Counted from the first letter of the stretch, positions 9,293 to 20,123 are shown. The stretch is DNA of 35,611 nucleotides from an uncultured cyanobacterium (GCA_963766075.1 CAVYAN010000091.1:1-35611), one strand, 5' to 3'. Numbers and translations are program-made. The notes: a model not told the origin generated them from the sequence alone.

Positions 9293-9298
9293 ATCATA
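9293..9298 (-). promoter_or_regulatory. Candidate -10 element for psbE
   Basis: TATGAT on the minus strand, 45 nt upstream of the start codon. Confidence 0.45.
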
Positions 9299-9403
9299 CG
9301 AGACTGGTGAACCACTCACAAGCAATCTGCACAGAGATTCTCAACCCTCGGCAGCATGGGCGGTTTCCAGCCTCAGGTCCCGCTCTCATAATTGCAGGGG
9401 GAA

Positions 9404-10417
9404 CTAAGCCGCCGCTGCCTCATAGCGCAAGAGGATGCCGCGCTGGCCCAAGATAAATCCTTGGTTAGGACTCAGGAACTTAATTTTGTAGAAATTAGAG
9501 GGCACATTTTCCACATCCCGATCCTTTTCCCAGGTTTTGCCCCCGTCTTGGCTGACCAGTAGATTGCCACTGCCACCCGCCACCCAAACTTCGGCATCGG
9601 TGCGATAGGCCAGATCGAGTAATCCCCAACTGGTTGACATCTCTGGGTTCACAGGCTCATCCCAGTTTTCGATGTCTCCCGGTGCACTGAATTGGATTTG
9701 TCCGCCGCGTTCCAGCATCCACAGGCGGTTGCCATCAGCCGTGAAGCCCATATTCTGCAAGCGCTTAGAACTATTCCGGTTGTGGGGCCGCCATTCGCGA
9801 TCGCCCGGGGACCAAGTAGAGTAGAAATTCCCCCGCGAGGAAACGGCCACATACTTACCGTCGTCGGAACGGGAAATGTTCCGCACTACGCCGACTGCCG
9901 CTTCCACCATGGCCTGCCAGGTCTTGCCTGCATCCGCCGTTTGGTAAATTGCGCCAATATCGGTGGTCATTTCTGCGGTATTGGTCCCCAAGGCCACCAC
10001 GGTGTTGGGAGAACCCGGTAATTTTTCGCTTAGGGGAATTCGAGACCACGACTGACCTGCATCGCTGGTGTGCAGCAGAATCGAGGGTTGACCGGCAATC
10101 CAACCATCCTTCCCGGAAAAGTCAATAGACGTGAGGCGATATTTCGCGTCCAGATCTAGGGTGCGGGTTTCCCAGGTACGACCCCCATCGGTGGTTTCTA
10201 ACAGCGTAGAATTTGTGCCCACAGCCCAACCATGCTGCGGGGTTTCGGCAAAATCTACATCGATGATGGTTTCTTCCGTGGGGGTTGTCGCCAATTCCCA
10301 GGGATTAAAGCTGCTATCGGGCAGAAAAGCGAGGGCGCTGCCCGCACATCCGGTACAGAATAGAGCGATGGCCAAAACGCTCACCACCCGCTTCAAGAAC
10401 GTTGTTGCTGAATTCAT
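9404..10417 (-). CDS. ycf48: PSII assembly factor Ycf48/HCF136
   Basis: BNR-type repeats ([16 protein letters not shown]), [23 protein letters not shown]; located between rubA and psbE. Confidence 0.96.
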   Translation of the reverse strand: MNSATTFLKRVVSVLAIALFCTGCAGSALAFLPDSSFNPWELATTPTEETIIDVDFAETPQHGWAVGTNSTLLETTDGGRTWETRTLDLDAKYRLTSIDFSGKDGWIAGQPSILLHTSDAGQSWSRIPLSEKLPGSPNTVVALGTNTAEMTTDIGAIYQTADAGKTWQAMVEAAVGVVRNISRSDDGKYVAVSSRGNFYSTWSPGDREWRPHNRNSSKRLQNMGFTADGNRLWMLERGGQIQFSAPGDIENWDEPVNPEMSTSWGLLDLAYRTDAEVWVAGGSGNLLVSQDGGKTWEKDRDVENVPSNFYKIKFLSPNQGFILGQRGILLRYEAAAA

Positions 10418-10484
10418 CACGGTTCAATCTCTACTCAACTAACTCTCAGATTAATAATGCTTGGATCAAAACTCTTCAGATCAA

Positions 10485-10544
10485 AAATTGCCCAAACCAA
10501 AATTGCCCAAATCGGAATTATCTAAGCCTGAATTGCCCAAATCG
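10485..10544. repeat. 4 x 15-bp tandem repeat between rubA and ycf48
   Basis: AAATTGCCCAAACCA / AAATTGCCCAAATCG / GAATTATCTAAGCCT / GAATTGCCCAAATCG. Confidence 0.8.
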
Positions 10545-10564
10545 GCTTTTTGGCATCCTTGGTT

Positions 10565-10951
10565 CTATTGCAATCCATACAGACTCAGGAAAAACAGAAA
10601 GGCTAGCCCTAGCGCTCCAAAAATGAGGAGATTCTTCTGCCCCGGTGTCATGACGTTGACGCCAAATCCGTAGCCCAGATTTTCCTTAAAGCCCGAAGGA
10701 GCCCCTTTTACGCCGATGTTGCTAAATCCTTTTTTGGGAGCACTGCATACTGGACAGCGCCAATCCCCTGGGAGATCTTCAAAAGCCGTATTGGCCGGAA
10801 TTTTGGCGCGATCGTCCCCTTTCAACGGCTCATAAATGTAGCCACAGGCTCGACATTCATGACGGTCTAGGCCAGCAGGTACTTGCTCGGAAACTGCTGG
10901 AGGCGTTTCGGAGCTTGGTTCAGGCGTGGATTTAGGTGTTTCAGTGTCCAT
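10565..10951 (-). CDS. rubA: Membrane-anchored rubredoxin
   Basis: CRACGYIY...WRCPVC and C-terminal TM helix; upstream of ycf48. Confidence 0.95.
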   Translation of the reverse strand: MDTETPKSTPEPSSETPPAVSEQVPAGLDRHECRACGYIYEPLKGDDRAKIPANTAFEDLPGDWRCPVCSAPKKGFSNIGVKGAPSGFKENLGYGFGVNVMTPGQKNLLIFGALGLAFLFFLSLYGLQ

Positions 10952-11138
10952 AGCGCCTACTCAAAATGGCAGATCTAAAAACTATGTTAAAGATTATGAC
11001 ATGCTCTCAGGATCCCTTGACAGGAATTCCAGGGAGATAGAGAGATCCCCAGGAGTAGCGGGGTCCAATTCTCATCAATAGCTGGGTCCAATACCAGAGT
11101 TAAGAGTTTTTCAATACAAACTGCGGGCAAGGCATCCT

Positions 11139-11144
11139 TATAAT
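11139..11144 (+). promoter_or_regulatory. Candidate -10 element for ndhCKJ
   Basis: Exact TATAAT in the divergent rubA/ndhC intergenic region. Confidence 0.45.
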
Positions 11145-11285
11145 ATGAATGTGCAATGATTATGAAGGCGCAGTAACACGAACATCATGGCTACGGAGTC
11201 TTGATTCCTCGCTTCTCATGCCTGCATCGACCATTTGTCATCGATCATTCGTATGGAGCCGGGTTTTGCAGGGCTCTGTTCAGAT

Positions 11286-11318
11286 CGAGTTCATTTAGAC
11301 CGAGTTCATTTAGACCGA
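11286..11318. repeat. Perfect 15-bp tandem duplication leading into the ndhC RBS
   Basis: CGAGTTCATTTAGAC x2 followed by CGAGGGG. Confidence 0.8.
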
Positions 11319-11331
11319 GGGGTGATTCGCT

Positions 11332-11694
11332 GTGTTTGTCCTCAGCGGCTATGAGTATCTTTTAGGGTTCTTGCTGGTGTCATCCCTGGTGCCAGTACTT
11401 GCCTTGACGGCAGCTAAGCTAGTCCGTCCAAGTCGGCGTGGTCCAGAGCGACGCACGACCTACGAGTCCGGTATGGAGCCTGTAGGTGGTGCCTGGATCC
11501 AGTTCAACATTCGCTACTACATGTTTGCGCTGGTCTTTGTGATTTTTGATGTAGAAACGGTCTTTCTCTATCCTTGGGCGGTTGCATTTAGCCAACTAGG
11601 TGTGCTGGCCTTTGTCGAGGCTCTAATCTTCGTCGCTATTTTGGTCATTGGTCTTGTATATGCGTGGCGCAAAGGAGCTTTGGAATGGTCATGA
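11332..11694 (+). CDS. ndhC: NDH-1 subunit C
   Basis: [39 protein letters not shown]. Confidence 0.97.
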   Translation: MFVLSGYEYLLGFLLVSSLVPVLALTAAKLVRPSRRGPERRTTYESGMEPVGGAWIQFNIRYYMFALVFVIFDVETVFLYPWAVAFSQLGVLAFVEALIFVAILVIGLVYAWRKGALEWS

Positions 11695-12416
11695 CTCCCA
11701 ATTCTCAGGCTACTGCGGGGCAGCCTGATGTGATTTTGAATCCAATTGAACGGCCCCAAGTCACCCAGGAGCTTTCGGAAAATGTCATTCTGACCACTGT
11801 GGATGACCTTTATAACTGGGCACGGCTGTCTAGCTTATGGCCTCTGCTGTACGGCACGGCATGTTGCTTTATTGAATTTGCGGCTTTGATTGGTTCGCGC
11901 TTCGACTTTGATCGATTTGGGTTAGTCCCTCGCTCCACGCCGCGTCAGGCCGATTTGTTGATTACGGCGGGTACGGTGACCATGAAGATGGCTCCGGCTC
12001 TGGTACGCTTGTACGAGCAAATGCCGGATCCAAAGTATGTGATTGCGATGGGGGCTTGTACGATTACCGGTGGGATGTTCAGCATGGATTCCACGACGGC
12101 GGTGCGGGGAGTGGATAAGCTGATTCCGGTGGATGTCTATTTGCCGGGTTGCCCGCCACGGCCTGAGGCGATCGTCGATGCCATTATCAAATTGCGTAAA
12201 AAGATTTCCAATGAGTCTATCCAGGAGCGGGGGATGTTGCGGCAGACTCACCGTTATTACAGTACGACTCACACCATGAAGGTTGTTGATCCGATTTTGA
12301 CGGGCCAGTATATGCAGTCTGCGACGCGGGAATCTCCTCCGGCTGAGTTGATGGAAGCGATGGGCCTGCCGATTTCTCCAGCGCTGGCAACCCCTAAGGA
12401 GGCCCTCAATGGCTAA
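11685..12416 (+). CDS. ndhK: NDH-1 subunit K
   Basis: [26 protein letters not shown] overlaps the ndhC end. Confidence 0.97.
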   Translation: MVMTPNSQATAGQPDVILNPIERPQVTQELSENVILTTVDDLYNWARLSSLWPLLYGTACCFIEFAALIGSRFDFDRFGLVPRSTPRQADLLITAGTVTMKMAPALVRLYEQMPDPKYVIAMGACTITGGMFSMDSTTAVRGVDKLIPVDVYLPGCPPRPEAIVDAIIKLRKKISNESIQERGMLRQTHRYYSTTHTMKVVDPILTGQYMQSATRESPPAELMEAMGLPISPALATPKEALNG

Positions 12417-12933
12417 AGAATCATCGCAGGCTGCTGTGGAAACAGCGCCCATTGTGGAAGTGGGTAAGATTTCTAAGTGGCTCTCTGGCAATGGGTTTGA
12501 GCATGAATTTCTGGGGCTTGATGCTTCGGGTGTGGAAATGCTCAAGATCGATCGCGATGTCCTGATCCCTTTTTCAACGGCACTCTATGCCTATGGGTTT
12601 AATTGCTTGCAGTGCCAAGGGGGCTATGATGTGGCTCCGGGTGGTGAACTGGTGAGCTTTTATCACTTGATCAAAGTTAGTGATAATGCCGATCGCCCGG
12701 ATGAAGTGCGCCTCAAGGTGTTTCTGCCTCGAACCGATCCACGCGTGCCTTCGGTCTACTGGATTTGGAAGGGGGCGGACTGGCAGGAGCGTGAAACTTA
12801 CGACATGTATGGCATCGTTTACGAAGGACACCCCAACCTGAAGCGGATTCTGATGCCAGAGGACTGGGTGGGCTGGCCCTTGCGAAAGGACTACATCTCG
12901 CCGGATTTCTATGAGCTACAGGATGCGTATTAG
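12409..12933 (+). CDS. ndhJ: NDH-1 subunit J
   Basis: [31 protein letters not shown]. Confidence 0.97.
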   Translation: MAKESSQAAVETAPIVEVGKISKWLSGNGFEHEFLGLDASGVEMLKIDRDVLIPFSTALYAYGFNCLQCQGGYDVAPGGELVSFYHLIKVSDNADRPDEVRLKVFLPRTDPRVPSVYWIWKGADWQERETYDMYGIVYEGHPNLKRILMPEDWVGWPLRKDYISPDFYELQDAY

Positions 12934-12971
12934 GGCGCTTATATCTAGCGCATAGAGGTTCCTATTGCTTG

Positions 12972-13008
12972 GAGCGCTCTGACTTCTTCGCGAGGTTGGG
13001 GCGCTTTC
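12972..13008 (+). terminator. Hairpin after ndhJ (terminator or stability element)
   Basis: GAGCGCTCTGACTT...AGGTTGGGGCGCTTTC pairs with G-U; weak U tract. Confidence 0.45.
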
Positions 13009-13059
13009 AGTTTAAGACCTAGAGTTTAAGACCTAGAGGATACGTAACTAGAGGATACG
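13009..13059. repeat. Two adjacent short tandem duplications before deoC
   Basis: AGTTTAAGACCTAG x2 and CTAGAGGATACG x2. Confidence 0.7.
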
Positions 13060-13061
13060 GG

Positions 13062-13766
13062 ATGACGGATTTAGCGATTGATTTGGCCCCCTTGATTGAT
13101 CATGCGTTGCTGTTGCCGACGGCAACGCCAGAAATGGTAGAAAAATGGTGCGAGGATGCGGATCGCTATCATTTTGCGACGGTTTGCCTGTATCCCAGCC
13201 ATGTACGCCAAGCCGTTAGTTTGCTCCACAGTCGCTCGCCCCAAGTGTGTACGGTGATTGGTTTTCCCCATGGCGCGACAACGGCAGCGGTTAAGCTATA
13301 CGAAGCGCAGGAAGCGGCAGAGAACGGGGCGGCGGAACTGGATGTGGTGATTAATATTGGTGGGTTGAAGGCGGGTAACACCGAAGCGGTGCATCGTGAA
13401 ATTGCCCAAATCTGCGAAGCGACGGGGCTGGCGGTGAAAGCCATTCTGGAAATGGCTTTGTTAACGGAGGCGGAAAAATACCTGGCTGCTGAGATTTGTA
13501 TGGATGCAGGGGCGGCATTTCTGAAGACCAGTACGGGGTTGTATGGTGGGGCAACGGTGGCGGATGTCCGTCTGCTGAAGGCGATCGCCAAGGATCGAGT
13601 GGGCATCAAGGCATCCGGGGGAATTCGGACTGCGGCTCAAGCGGTAGAGTTGGTGATGGCCGGGGCGACACGCTTGGGGACTTCTCGGGGTCCGGAGTTG
13701 ATTCGGCAAATGAATAGCCCGAGTGACGATGCGGCGGATGATTCTGGCGCAGCATCCCAGGGATGA
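13062..13766 (+). CDS. deoC: Deoxyribose-phosphate aldolase
   Basis: [40 protein letters not shown]. Confidence 0.95.
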   Translation: MTDLAIDLAPLIDHALLLPTATPEMVEKWCEDADRYHFATVCLYPSHVRQAVSLLHSRSPQVCTVIGFPHGATTAAVKLYEAQEAAENGAAELDVVINIGGLKAGNTEAVHREIAQICEATGLAVKAILEMALLTEAEKYLAAEICMDAGAAFLKTSTGLYGGATVADVRLLKAIAKDRVGIKASGGIRTAAQAVELVMAGATRLGTSRGPELIRQMNSPSDDAADDSGAASQG

Positions 13767-13896
13767 AATGAGAGAGTCTGCCACGAATCGGGAAAAAAAT
13801 GCGATCATCGATTGGGGGTAAATCGTCAAACGGCAGACTAAAGTGTTTGCGAACCGAGGAATTCATCTAGAATCAGCGGTTAGCAGGCTCCTGATT

Positions 13897-13953
13897 TCCT
13901 CCTAAAAATTCTTCCTAAAAACGGTCTTCCTAAAAAACGGTCGTTCTAAAAAA
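13897..13953. repeat. Degenerate tandem repeat (TCTTCCTAAAAA) x4 upstream of recO
   Basis: TCCTCCTAAAAA / TCTTCCTAAAAA / TCTTCCTAAAAAA / TCGTTCTAAAAAA. Confidence 0.65.
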
Positions 13954-14005
13954 TGACGTATCCAGGGCCGTTCTTTTATATTTCTGGTCAAATGCCCCGA
14001 TTTCG

Positions 14006-14941
14006 ATGAGTCGTACCTACAAAGCCACTGGAATTAACCTGAAGAGTAAGCCGCTCGGTGAGTCGGACCGGTTGCTGACGATTTTGACGCGGGAATTTGG
14101 GCTGGTGCAAGCGGTGGCGATGGGAGCACGCAAGCATCACTCTAAGCTGGCTGGACGCAGCGGTCTGTTTGTTGTGAACGACTTATTGATTGCTAAGGGG
14201 CGATCGCTGGATAAGGTGGCCCAAGCCGATACCTTGGAATCCTACCCGGGCTTGGGCTTGGATTTAAAGAAATTAACCGCCAGTCAATATTTAGCGGAAC
14301 TGTGTCTCTGTCAAGCCTTGAGTGAACAGCCTCAGGACGAACTATTTTTGTTGCTGAATGAGCATTTGCAGCGGTTGGAGCGATCGCCCGCTCACCTGAT
14401 CATGGCCCATCTCACCCATGCCGTCTTTCAAATGCTGGTGCTGGCTGGGATCGCTCCCCAGGTCTATGCTTGCTGCATGACACGACGGGCGATCGCCCCT
14501 AATTTCAGCCATTCCGATTGGCGGACTGGTTTTAGCATTCCTGCAGGTGGTACGGTTACCTTAGAGGTGTTTGAGCGGCTGAAAAATCAGGGTCAGCACC
14601 CGCGACACGCCGCCGCGCCTAGCCGCGTCTTGACCTTTCAGTCCCAGAACGCCTTGGTCACAGCCCCCGAACTTTTTTTGTTGCAGCACCTCGCTCAGAC
14701 TCAGTTGCCTGACTTAGTTTTGCCGACGGCAGTGCCCGCTGCTGCTGGGCTACCATCTGCGGATTTTCCTGCTGAAATTATTGCTGAAGCTCCGTTTGAG
14801 ACTCCGCCTGAAGCCCTATGGTGTTCTGTAGAGCGGCTGCTGCGTCAGTATTCCCAGTTTCACTTTGACCGCCAAATTCGCTCCGCCACCTTAATCGAAG
14901 CGTGCTTTCTGTCCACTCCTTTTCCCAGCCCAGAGGTATGA
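14006..14941 (+). CDS. recO: DNA repair protein RecO
   Basis: MSRTYKATGINLKSKPLGESDRLLTILTREFGL N-terminus; conserved deoC-recO order. Confidence 0.93.
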   Translation: MSRTYKATGINLKSKPLGESDRLLTILTREFGLVQAVAMGARKHHSKLAGRSGLFVVNDLLIAKGRSLDKVAQADTLESYPGLGLDLKKLTASQYLAELCLCQALSEQPQDELFLLLNEHLQRLERSPAHLIMAHLTHAVFQMLVLAGIAPQVYACCMTRRAIAPNFSHSDWRTGFSIPAGGTVTLEVFERLKNQGQHPRHAAAPSRVLTFQSQNALVTAPELFLLQHLAQTQLPDLVLPTAVPAAAGLPSADFPAEIIAEAPFETPPEALWCSVERLLRQYSQFHFDRQIRSATLIEACFLSTPFPSPEV

Positions 14942-16824
14942 TGCGACTGCCCGACTCTGATCTAGAATCAGCACGGTTGCTGCCCGTGAACTCCCCTATC
15001 CCTGGCTCTGGCCCTGGCAATGGTATGAAAGAATCCAACGCTCTATCCGACGGCGATCGAGTGGTCGGGGGATTGAATGCTGAGATCGGTGCTACTAGTG
15101 TGCTCCCGACCCATCTAATCCCGACACAGCAGCTTTTGGCGAGTCAGCATGCTAATCAAATTGTTGAGCATCATCCGGATAAACCGATGCTGGCGGATGA
15201 TTTGAATTTAAAGGACCCCGGCCGGGAAGACTCCACTCAGGAAGGGTTGGGTTTGGCTGACCTAGTGGATCTCAGTGAAGAGCAGGCGCTGTTCTCCGAT
15301 CTTTTGCCAGTCATTGCTGCGGCTACTTCAGAAATGCCCCCCGGCATGAGTCAGGGGAACTCTGATGCTCCTTTAAGTGGGGAGCCGGACGATGGGACGG
15401 ACAACGGAGTTGTTGCGGACGGTGAATTCCAGCCGGATCACTGTCATGATGGTCAATTTCCCAGTGGCACAGTTCCCAGTGGCACATCGCTAAATAGTGA
15501 TTCTGGGAGTGGGCGGGTTGATGACTTATCTGAGCCTGGATTTCTTCCTGTCCTTAAAAATCGTAACTTTTTGACTCTATGGAGTGGACAGGTTTTTTCT
15601 CAGTTGGCGGATAAAGTCTACCTCGTTCTGATGATCGCGATTATCGCCAGTCGCTTTCAAGAACCGGGCCAAACGATTAGCGGCTGGGTGTCCGCAATCA
15701 TGATTGCTTTTACGATTCCGGCGATCTTGTTTGGCTCGATCGCCGGGGCCTATGTCGATCGCTGGTCGAAGAAAGGGGTTCTAGTCCTCACCAACCTGTT
15801 GCGTGGCGGATTAGTCTTTACGTTACCGCTTTTGCTCTGGTTGTCTAAGTCTTGGCATCCGTTTAATGGCTTGCCGATTGGGTTTTTGATTTTGTTGGGG
15901 ATTACTTTCTTGGTTTCGACCCTGACGCAGTTTTTTGCCCCCGCCGAACAATCTGCGATTCCATTGGTGGTGGAACGGCGACACTTATTGTCCGCTAATT
16001 CGCTCTACACCACCACGATGATGGCTTCGGTCATTATTGGGTTTGCGGTGGGTGAACCGCTTTTGGCGCTGTTTGACGCAGTAACTGATTATTTGGGCTG
16101 GACGGCTCCCGGTTTGGGGAAGGAACTGGTGGTCGGTAGTGGCTATGCGATCGCCGGTCTGCTGCTGCTGCTGCTGCGGACGGGAGAAGACAAGCAAGCG
16201 CTCCGGCAAAAAGCGATTGAAGCGCCCCATGTGTTTGAAGACATTCGCGATGGGCTGCGCTACCTCGGACAGCAGCACCGGGTGCGCAGTGCCATGCTGA
16301 AGCTGGTTATTTTATTTTCGGTTTTTGCGGCCTTGGCGGTGTTATCGGTGCGGTTGGCGGAAATTATGCCCGAAATTAAGTCCTCCCAATTTGGCTTTTT
16401 GCTGGCAGCGGGGGGCGTTGGCATGGCGATCGGGGCCACGTTTGTTGGGCAATTTGGTCAGCGGTTTGCCCGGACTCAGCTTAGCTTTGGCGGGTCTGTG
16501 GGCATGGCGGCCTCGCTCCTGGGCCTCTCCCTTTTCCCGAACCATGTGTTTCCAGCGGTTTTTCTGATTGCGACCTTGGGCCTCTTTGCCGCTGTGATTG
16601 GTGTACCGATGCAAACTGCCATTCAGGAAGAGACTCCCGAAGCTATGCGGGGCAAGGTCTTTGGCCTTCAGAATAACGCCATCAACATCGCTCTTAGTCT
16701 TCCTCTAGCCCTAGCTGGAGTGGCAGAAACCTTTTTAGGCTTACGGATTGTGTTTATCGGATTGGCTGCGCTGGTGATTACGGGAGAGGTCGTAACCTGG
16801 TATATTTCCCGTATTGACCGCTAA
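14938..16824 (+). CDS. MFS transporter with long acidic N-terminal extension
   Basis: NRNFLTLWSGQVFSQLADK, AGAYVDRWSKK, MRGKVFGLQNN; ATGA overlap with recO stop. Confidence 0.88.
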   Translation: MMRLPDSDLESARLLPVNSPIPGSGPGNGMKESNALSDGDRVVGGLNAEIGATSVLPTHLIPTQQLLASQHANQIVEHHPDKPMLADDLNLKDPGREDSTQEGLGLADLVDLSEEQALFSDLLPVIAAATSEMPPGMSQGNSDAPLSGEPDDGTDNGVVADGEFQPDHCHDGQFPSGTVPSGTSLNSDSGSGRVDDLSEPGFLPVLKNRNFLTLWSGQVFSQLADKVYLVLMIAIIASRFQEPGQTISGWVSAIMIAFTIPAILFGSIAGAYVDRWSKKGVLVLTNLLRGGLVFTLPLLLWLSKSWHPFNGLPIGFLILLGITFLVSTLTQFFAPAEQSAIPLVVERRHLLSANSLYTTTMMASVIIGFAVGEPLLALFDAVTDYLGWTAPGLGKELVVGSGYAIAGLLLLLLRTGEDKQALRQKAIEAPHVFEDIRDGLRYLGQQHRVRSAMLKLVILFSVFAALAVLSVRLAEIMPEIKSSQFGFLLAAGGVGMAIGATFVGQFGQRFARTQLSFGGSVGMAASLLGLSLFPNHVFPAVFLIATLGLFAAVIGVPMQTAIQEETPEAMRGKVFGLQNNAINIALSLPLALAGVAETFLGLRIVFIGLAALVITGEVVTWYISRIDR

Positions 16825-16959
16825 ATGTTAAAAAATAAGAAACTAAAACACCCAGCGCTCGTCGAACGGCCTGAGCAGATTAGCGATCGCGCAGGACCCG
16901 TGTCGATGGGTAGAAATATAGGTGTTGCTCAACATTCCTTTACTCCAACCTGAGTTTTA

Positions 16960-18148
16960 ATGCATATTGCTTGGCTGGGCAAGAAGTCCCCTTTTTGTGG
17001 CAATGTCACCTACGGTCGTGAGGTGACCAATGCCCTGTTGGATCGTGGGCATCAGGTCAGCTTCCTCCATTTTGCGCAGGAAGATCCGCCCCCGGATAAC
17101 TGGCCCGACTTTCATGAAGTGTCGTTGCCGTTTCTGTATAAGTCCCAGGTCTACACGGTTCCGTCGCCACGGTCCACCAAGGTATTGCGACAGGCCCTGG
17201 AAAATTTGCAGCCAGATGTGGTCCACGCTTCCTTAACGCTGTCGCCGCTCGATTTTCTGTTGCCGGAGATTTGCGCAGAGCTGAATTTGCCCTTGGTGGC
17301 AACCTTTCATCCGCCGTTTGATCGAAAATTACGCAACTTTACCTCGGGCACGCAGCATCTGGCCTACCAGCTTTATGCTCCCTTTCTGGCTCGGTATGAT
17401 CGCACGGTTGTTTTTTCTCATCTGCAAAAAGAGTTGCTGATGAAGCTGAATGTTCCCGGCAGATCGCGTGGCCGTGATCCCCAATGGCGTCGATACCGAA
17501 AAATATAGCCCTGGCCGCTCCGGCCTCAAAGCCGAACTGAATGCCGATCGCATTTTTATCTATCAAGGACGTATTTCTCCCGAGAAAAACGTGGAATCCT
17601 TGCTCAAAGCTTGGAAACAGTCAGAAATGGGCGATCGCACCAAGCTGATCATTGTGGGCAACCATGGTTCTCTCGCCAATTCCTTGATGCCCTTCTACGG
17701 GCCGGAACACGGCATAATTTGGATGGGCTTTATTGCCGATGAGAACCGCCGCATCGAAATTCTGCGGGGCTGCGATGTCTTTGTGTTGCCCTCTCTGGTG
17801 GAAGGGTTATCCCTCTCCTTGCTGGAAGCCATGGCCTGCGGATTGGCCTGTGTCGCCACCGATGCGGGAGCCGATGGGGAAGTCCTAGAGCGGGAAGCGG
17901 GCGTGATCCTGCAAACCCACAGCGTGGCTACCCAGCTCAAAACTCTGCTACCGCAGTTGCGCGACCATATCGGCTGGACCGATCTCCTCGGTCAAAATGC
18001 CCGCGTGCGGGCCAAGCAGCGCTATACCCTCACCCGAAATATTTCCCAACTGGAGGCGCTGTATAGTGAGGTCTGTCAGCGCCGCCCCTCGCCCCACCTG
18101 ACCCCCACCCGTGCATCCCTGTCGTCCCTCTGGAAGCAAGTTTCCTAG
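16960..18148 (+). CDS. dgdA: GT4 glycosyltransferase, probable DGDG synthase; +1 indel at ~17455-17457
   Basis: MHIAWLGKKSPFCGNVTY start and LPSLVEGLSLSLLEAMACG GT4 motif; removing one C restores NVPADRVAVIPNGVD; recO-MFS-dgdA order recalled from other cyanobacteria. Confidence 0.72.
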
Positions 18149-18183
18149 GGCGCGGGTAGCATGCTGGAATCTACCGACCCAAA

Positions 18184-18328
18184 TTGCTCCCTGAGCGGAG
18201 TCGAAGGGAGCAACCTCCCGCTGGCTGAGCGGAGTCATAGTTCACTTCCCGCAGGTTGAGCGGAGCCGTAGTTTGCTTCTCGCTGGCTGAGCGGAGTCGT
18301 AGTTCGCTTCCCGCAGGGTAGCCAGCGG
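18184..18328. repeat. REP-like hairpin followed by ~3.5 x 31-bp tandem units
   Basis: TTGCTCCC-TGAGCGGAGTCGAA-GGGAGCAA, then units starting at 18216, 18247, 18278 and 18309; the first three contain TGAGCGGAGYC. Confidence 0.88.
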
Positions 18329-18425
18329 ATCTCTTACCCAGTGGGTATAGTATTTCTTGAAAATCGTCTTGGTGGTTTGAATTTTTAATTCCGCCGCCCT
18401 CCGCCAGTCCTTCCCATAAACTCTC

Positions 18426-19850
18426 ATGAACTCTGATGATCTCGCCTTCACGCCTGCCCTGGAACAAGCTCGTCTAATTCGGACCAAGGCGATTTCTCCT
18501 TTGGAATTGGTTAATCTCTATCTCCAGCGGATTGAGCGTTTAGATGGTCAATTGGGAAGCTACGTGACTGTGGCGACGGATTTGGCGATCGCCGATGCCC
18601 AGCATAAAACTGAGCAACTGTGCCATATTCCGGTAGAAGACCTGCCGCCATTTTTTGGGGTGCCCATTTCCATCAAAGACCTCAATGCGGTGGCTGGCTT
18701 GCCCTGCACCTACGGCATTAAGTTGCTGAAAAAACGAATTGTTCCCGAAGATGATGGGTTAGTGTGCCGAATTCGTGCCGCCGGGTTTACGATTTTGGGC
18801 AAGAGTGCCACCTCAGAAGTCGGCACATTGCCCTACACCGAACCTAAGGGCATGCTGCCGGTGCGCAATCCCTGGAATTTAGACTATACCGCTGGGGGAT
18901 CCAGTGGGGGGGCGGCGGCGGGACTCGCGGCGGGATTGACGGCGATCGCCCAGGGGTCCGATGGCGGCGGATCTATCCGTGGTCCGGCGTTTTGCTGTGG
19001 CTTGGTGGGGATTAAACCCTCACGGGGCCGGATTTCCTTTGCGCCGGTGGGCGAGCGTCTCCATGGGCTAGCCGTTAATGGCCCCCTAGCCCGTACTGTG
19101 GCTGATGCCGCCGCCCTGCTGGATGTGATGGCAGGATACGTTAGCGGCGATCCCTACTGGTTACCGCCCCCAAATCCCTCTTTTCTAACGGCAGCGTCGC
19201 GCCCCCCGCAGACGCTACGGATTGGGTTTGCTACCCATATTGCTCCGGTGGGATCGGTGCATCCCGTTTGTAATCAAGCCGTTTTGGATACGGCTACCCG
19301 GCTAGAGGCCCTCGGACACCACGTAGAGGAATTTGCCTGCCCGGACTTTAGTAATTTAATTGAACCCTTCACGGTCATCTTTCAGTCGGTTCTCAGCGAA
19401 GCGGGTATTCCCTGGTTTGTTCTCAACAAAATGAATCGGTGGTTTTTGCAGCGGGCTTGGTTTTGCTCCTGTGGTCAATATCTGCGGGCCGCGACGCAAT
19501 TGCAATCGGTTGCCCGCCAAATCGTGACGACCTTACATCCCTATGATGTGGTCGTTTTGCCGACCTACATGCATCCCACTATCCGGATTGGTGAATGGGC
19601 AAAACTCTCTCCAGGCAAAACGTTGGAGCACATTATTAATTGGGTGGCTCCCTGTCCGCCATTCAATGCTACTGGCCAGCCTGCGATCGCCCTCCCGACA
19701 GGTTTTGGGCCGAATAATTTGCCCGTTGGTGTTCAGCTGATTGGCCGCCCCGCCGATGAAGCCACGTTGATTGCCCTAGCAGCGCAACTGGAACAAGGCC
19801 ATCCGGGACCACATCGTCCGTCTTTCGCTTTGGCTCAAGGGGAAGGCTGA
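18426..19850 (+). CDS. Amidase signature family protein
   Basis: GVPISIKD, TAGGSSGGAAA, GSDGGGSIRGPAFCCG (Ser-cisSer-Lys triad motifs). Confidence 0.92.
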   Translation: MNSDDLAFTPALEQARLIRTKAISPLELVNLYLQRIERLDGQLGSYVTVATDLAIADAQHKTEQLCHIPVEDLPPFFGVPISIKDLNAVAGLPCTYGIKLLKKRIVPEDDGLVCRIRAAGFTILGKSATSEVGTLPYTEPKGMLPVRNPWNLDYTAGGSSGGAAAGLAAGLTAIAQGSDGGGSIRGPAFCCGLVGIKPSRGRISFAPVGERLHGLAVNGPLARTVADAAALLDVMAGYVSGDPYWLPPPNPSFLTAASRPPQTLRIGFATHIAPVGSVHPVCNQAVLDTATRLEALGHHVEEFACPDFSNLIEPFTVIFQSVLSEAGIPWFVLNKMNRWFLQRAWFCSCGQYLRAATQLQSVARQIVTTLHPYDVVVLPTYMHPTIRIGEWAKLSPGKTLEHIINWVAPCPPFNATGQPAIALPTGFGPNNLPVGVQLIGRPADEATLIALAAQLEQGHPGPHRPSFALAQGEG

Positions 19851-20113
19851 AGGGCAGGGCTGAAGGGCGGATTGAGGAAAGCGTGAAATCTCGAGCGAAA
19901 CCTTTCGTAATCATGCTATTATTGGGCCTGAATACCTACCCTAAATCATGGTCAACCTGTGATTCAATGGTTTGTTCTATCGGCGAACTAGTTCGACAGG
20001 CTAACCTCCCTTGATCTAAAAAGTCATCTGGAATACCCTTTTAGAAGCGTTTGAGTTACACCATGAATCAGACTGCTCTCGAAAGAAGTTTGCGCACTAT
20101 TTATCCTGTATCG

Positions 20114-20123
20114 GTGTGAGGAG
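20114..20123 (+). promoter_or_regulatory. Yfr1 sRNA target site overlapping the porin RBS
   Basis: GTGTGAGGAG is complementary to 10 of 11 nt of the Yfr1 motif ACUCCUCACAC. Confidence 0.7.

Noticed and set aside
10461..10673. 70-aa ORF with KLPKP/ELPKS pentapeptide repeats
   Set aside because: Simply the translation of the 15-bp intergenic repeat; TTG start and antisense overlap with rubA
18184..18328. CRISPR array
   Set aside because: The 31-bp units are contiguous with no unique spacers, share a core with dispersed hairpins, and no cas genes are nearby
18171..18487. ORFs containing SLRLRSG / YDSAQP motifs (also 1245-1478)
   Set aside because: Translations of the REP-like repeat, not credible proteins
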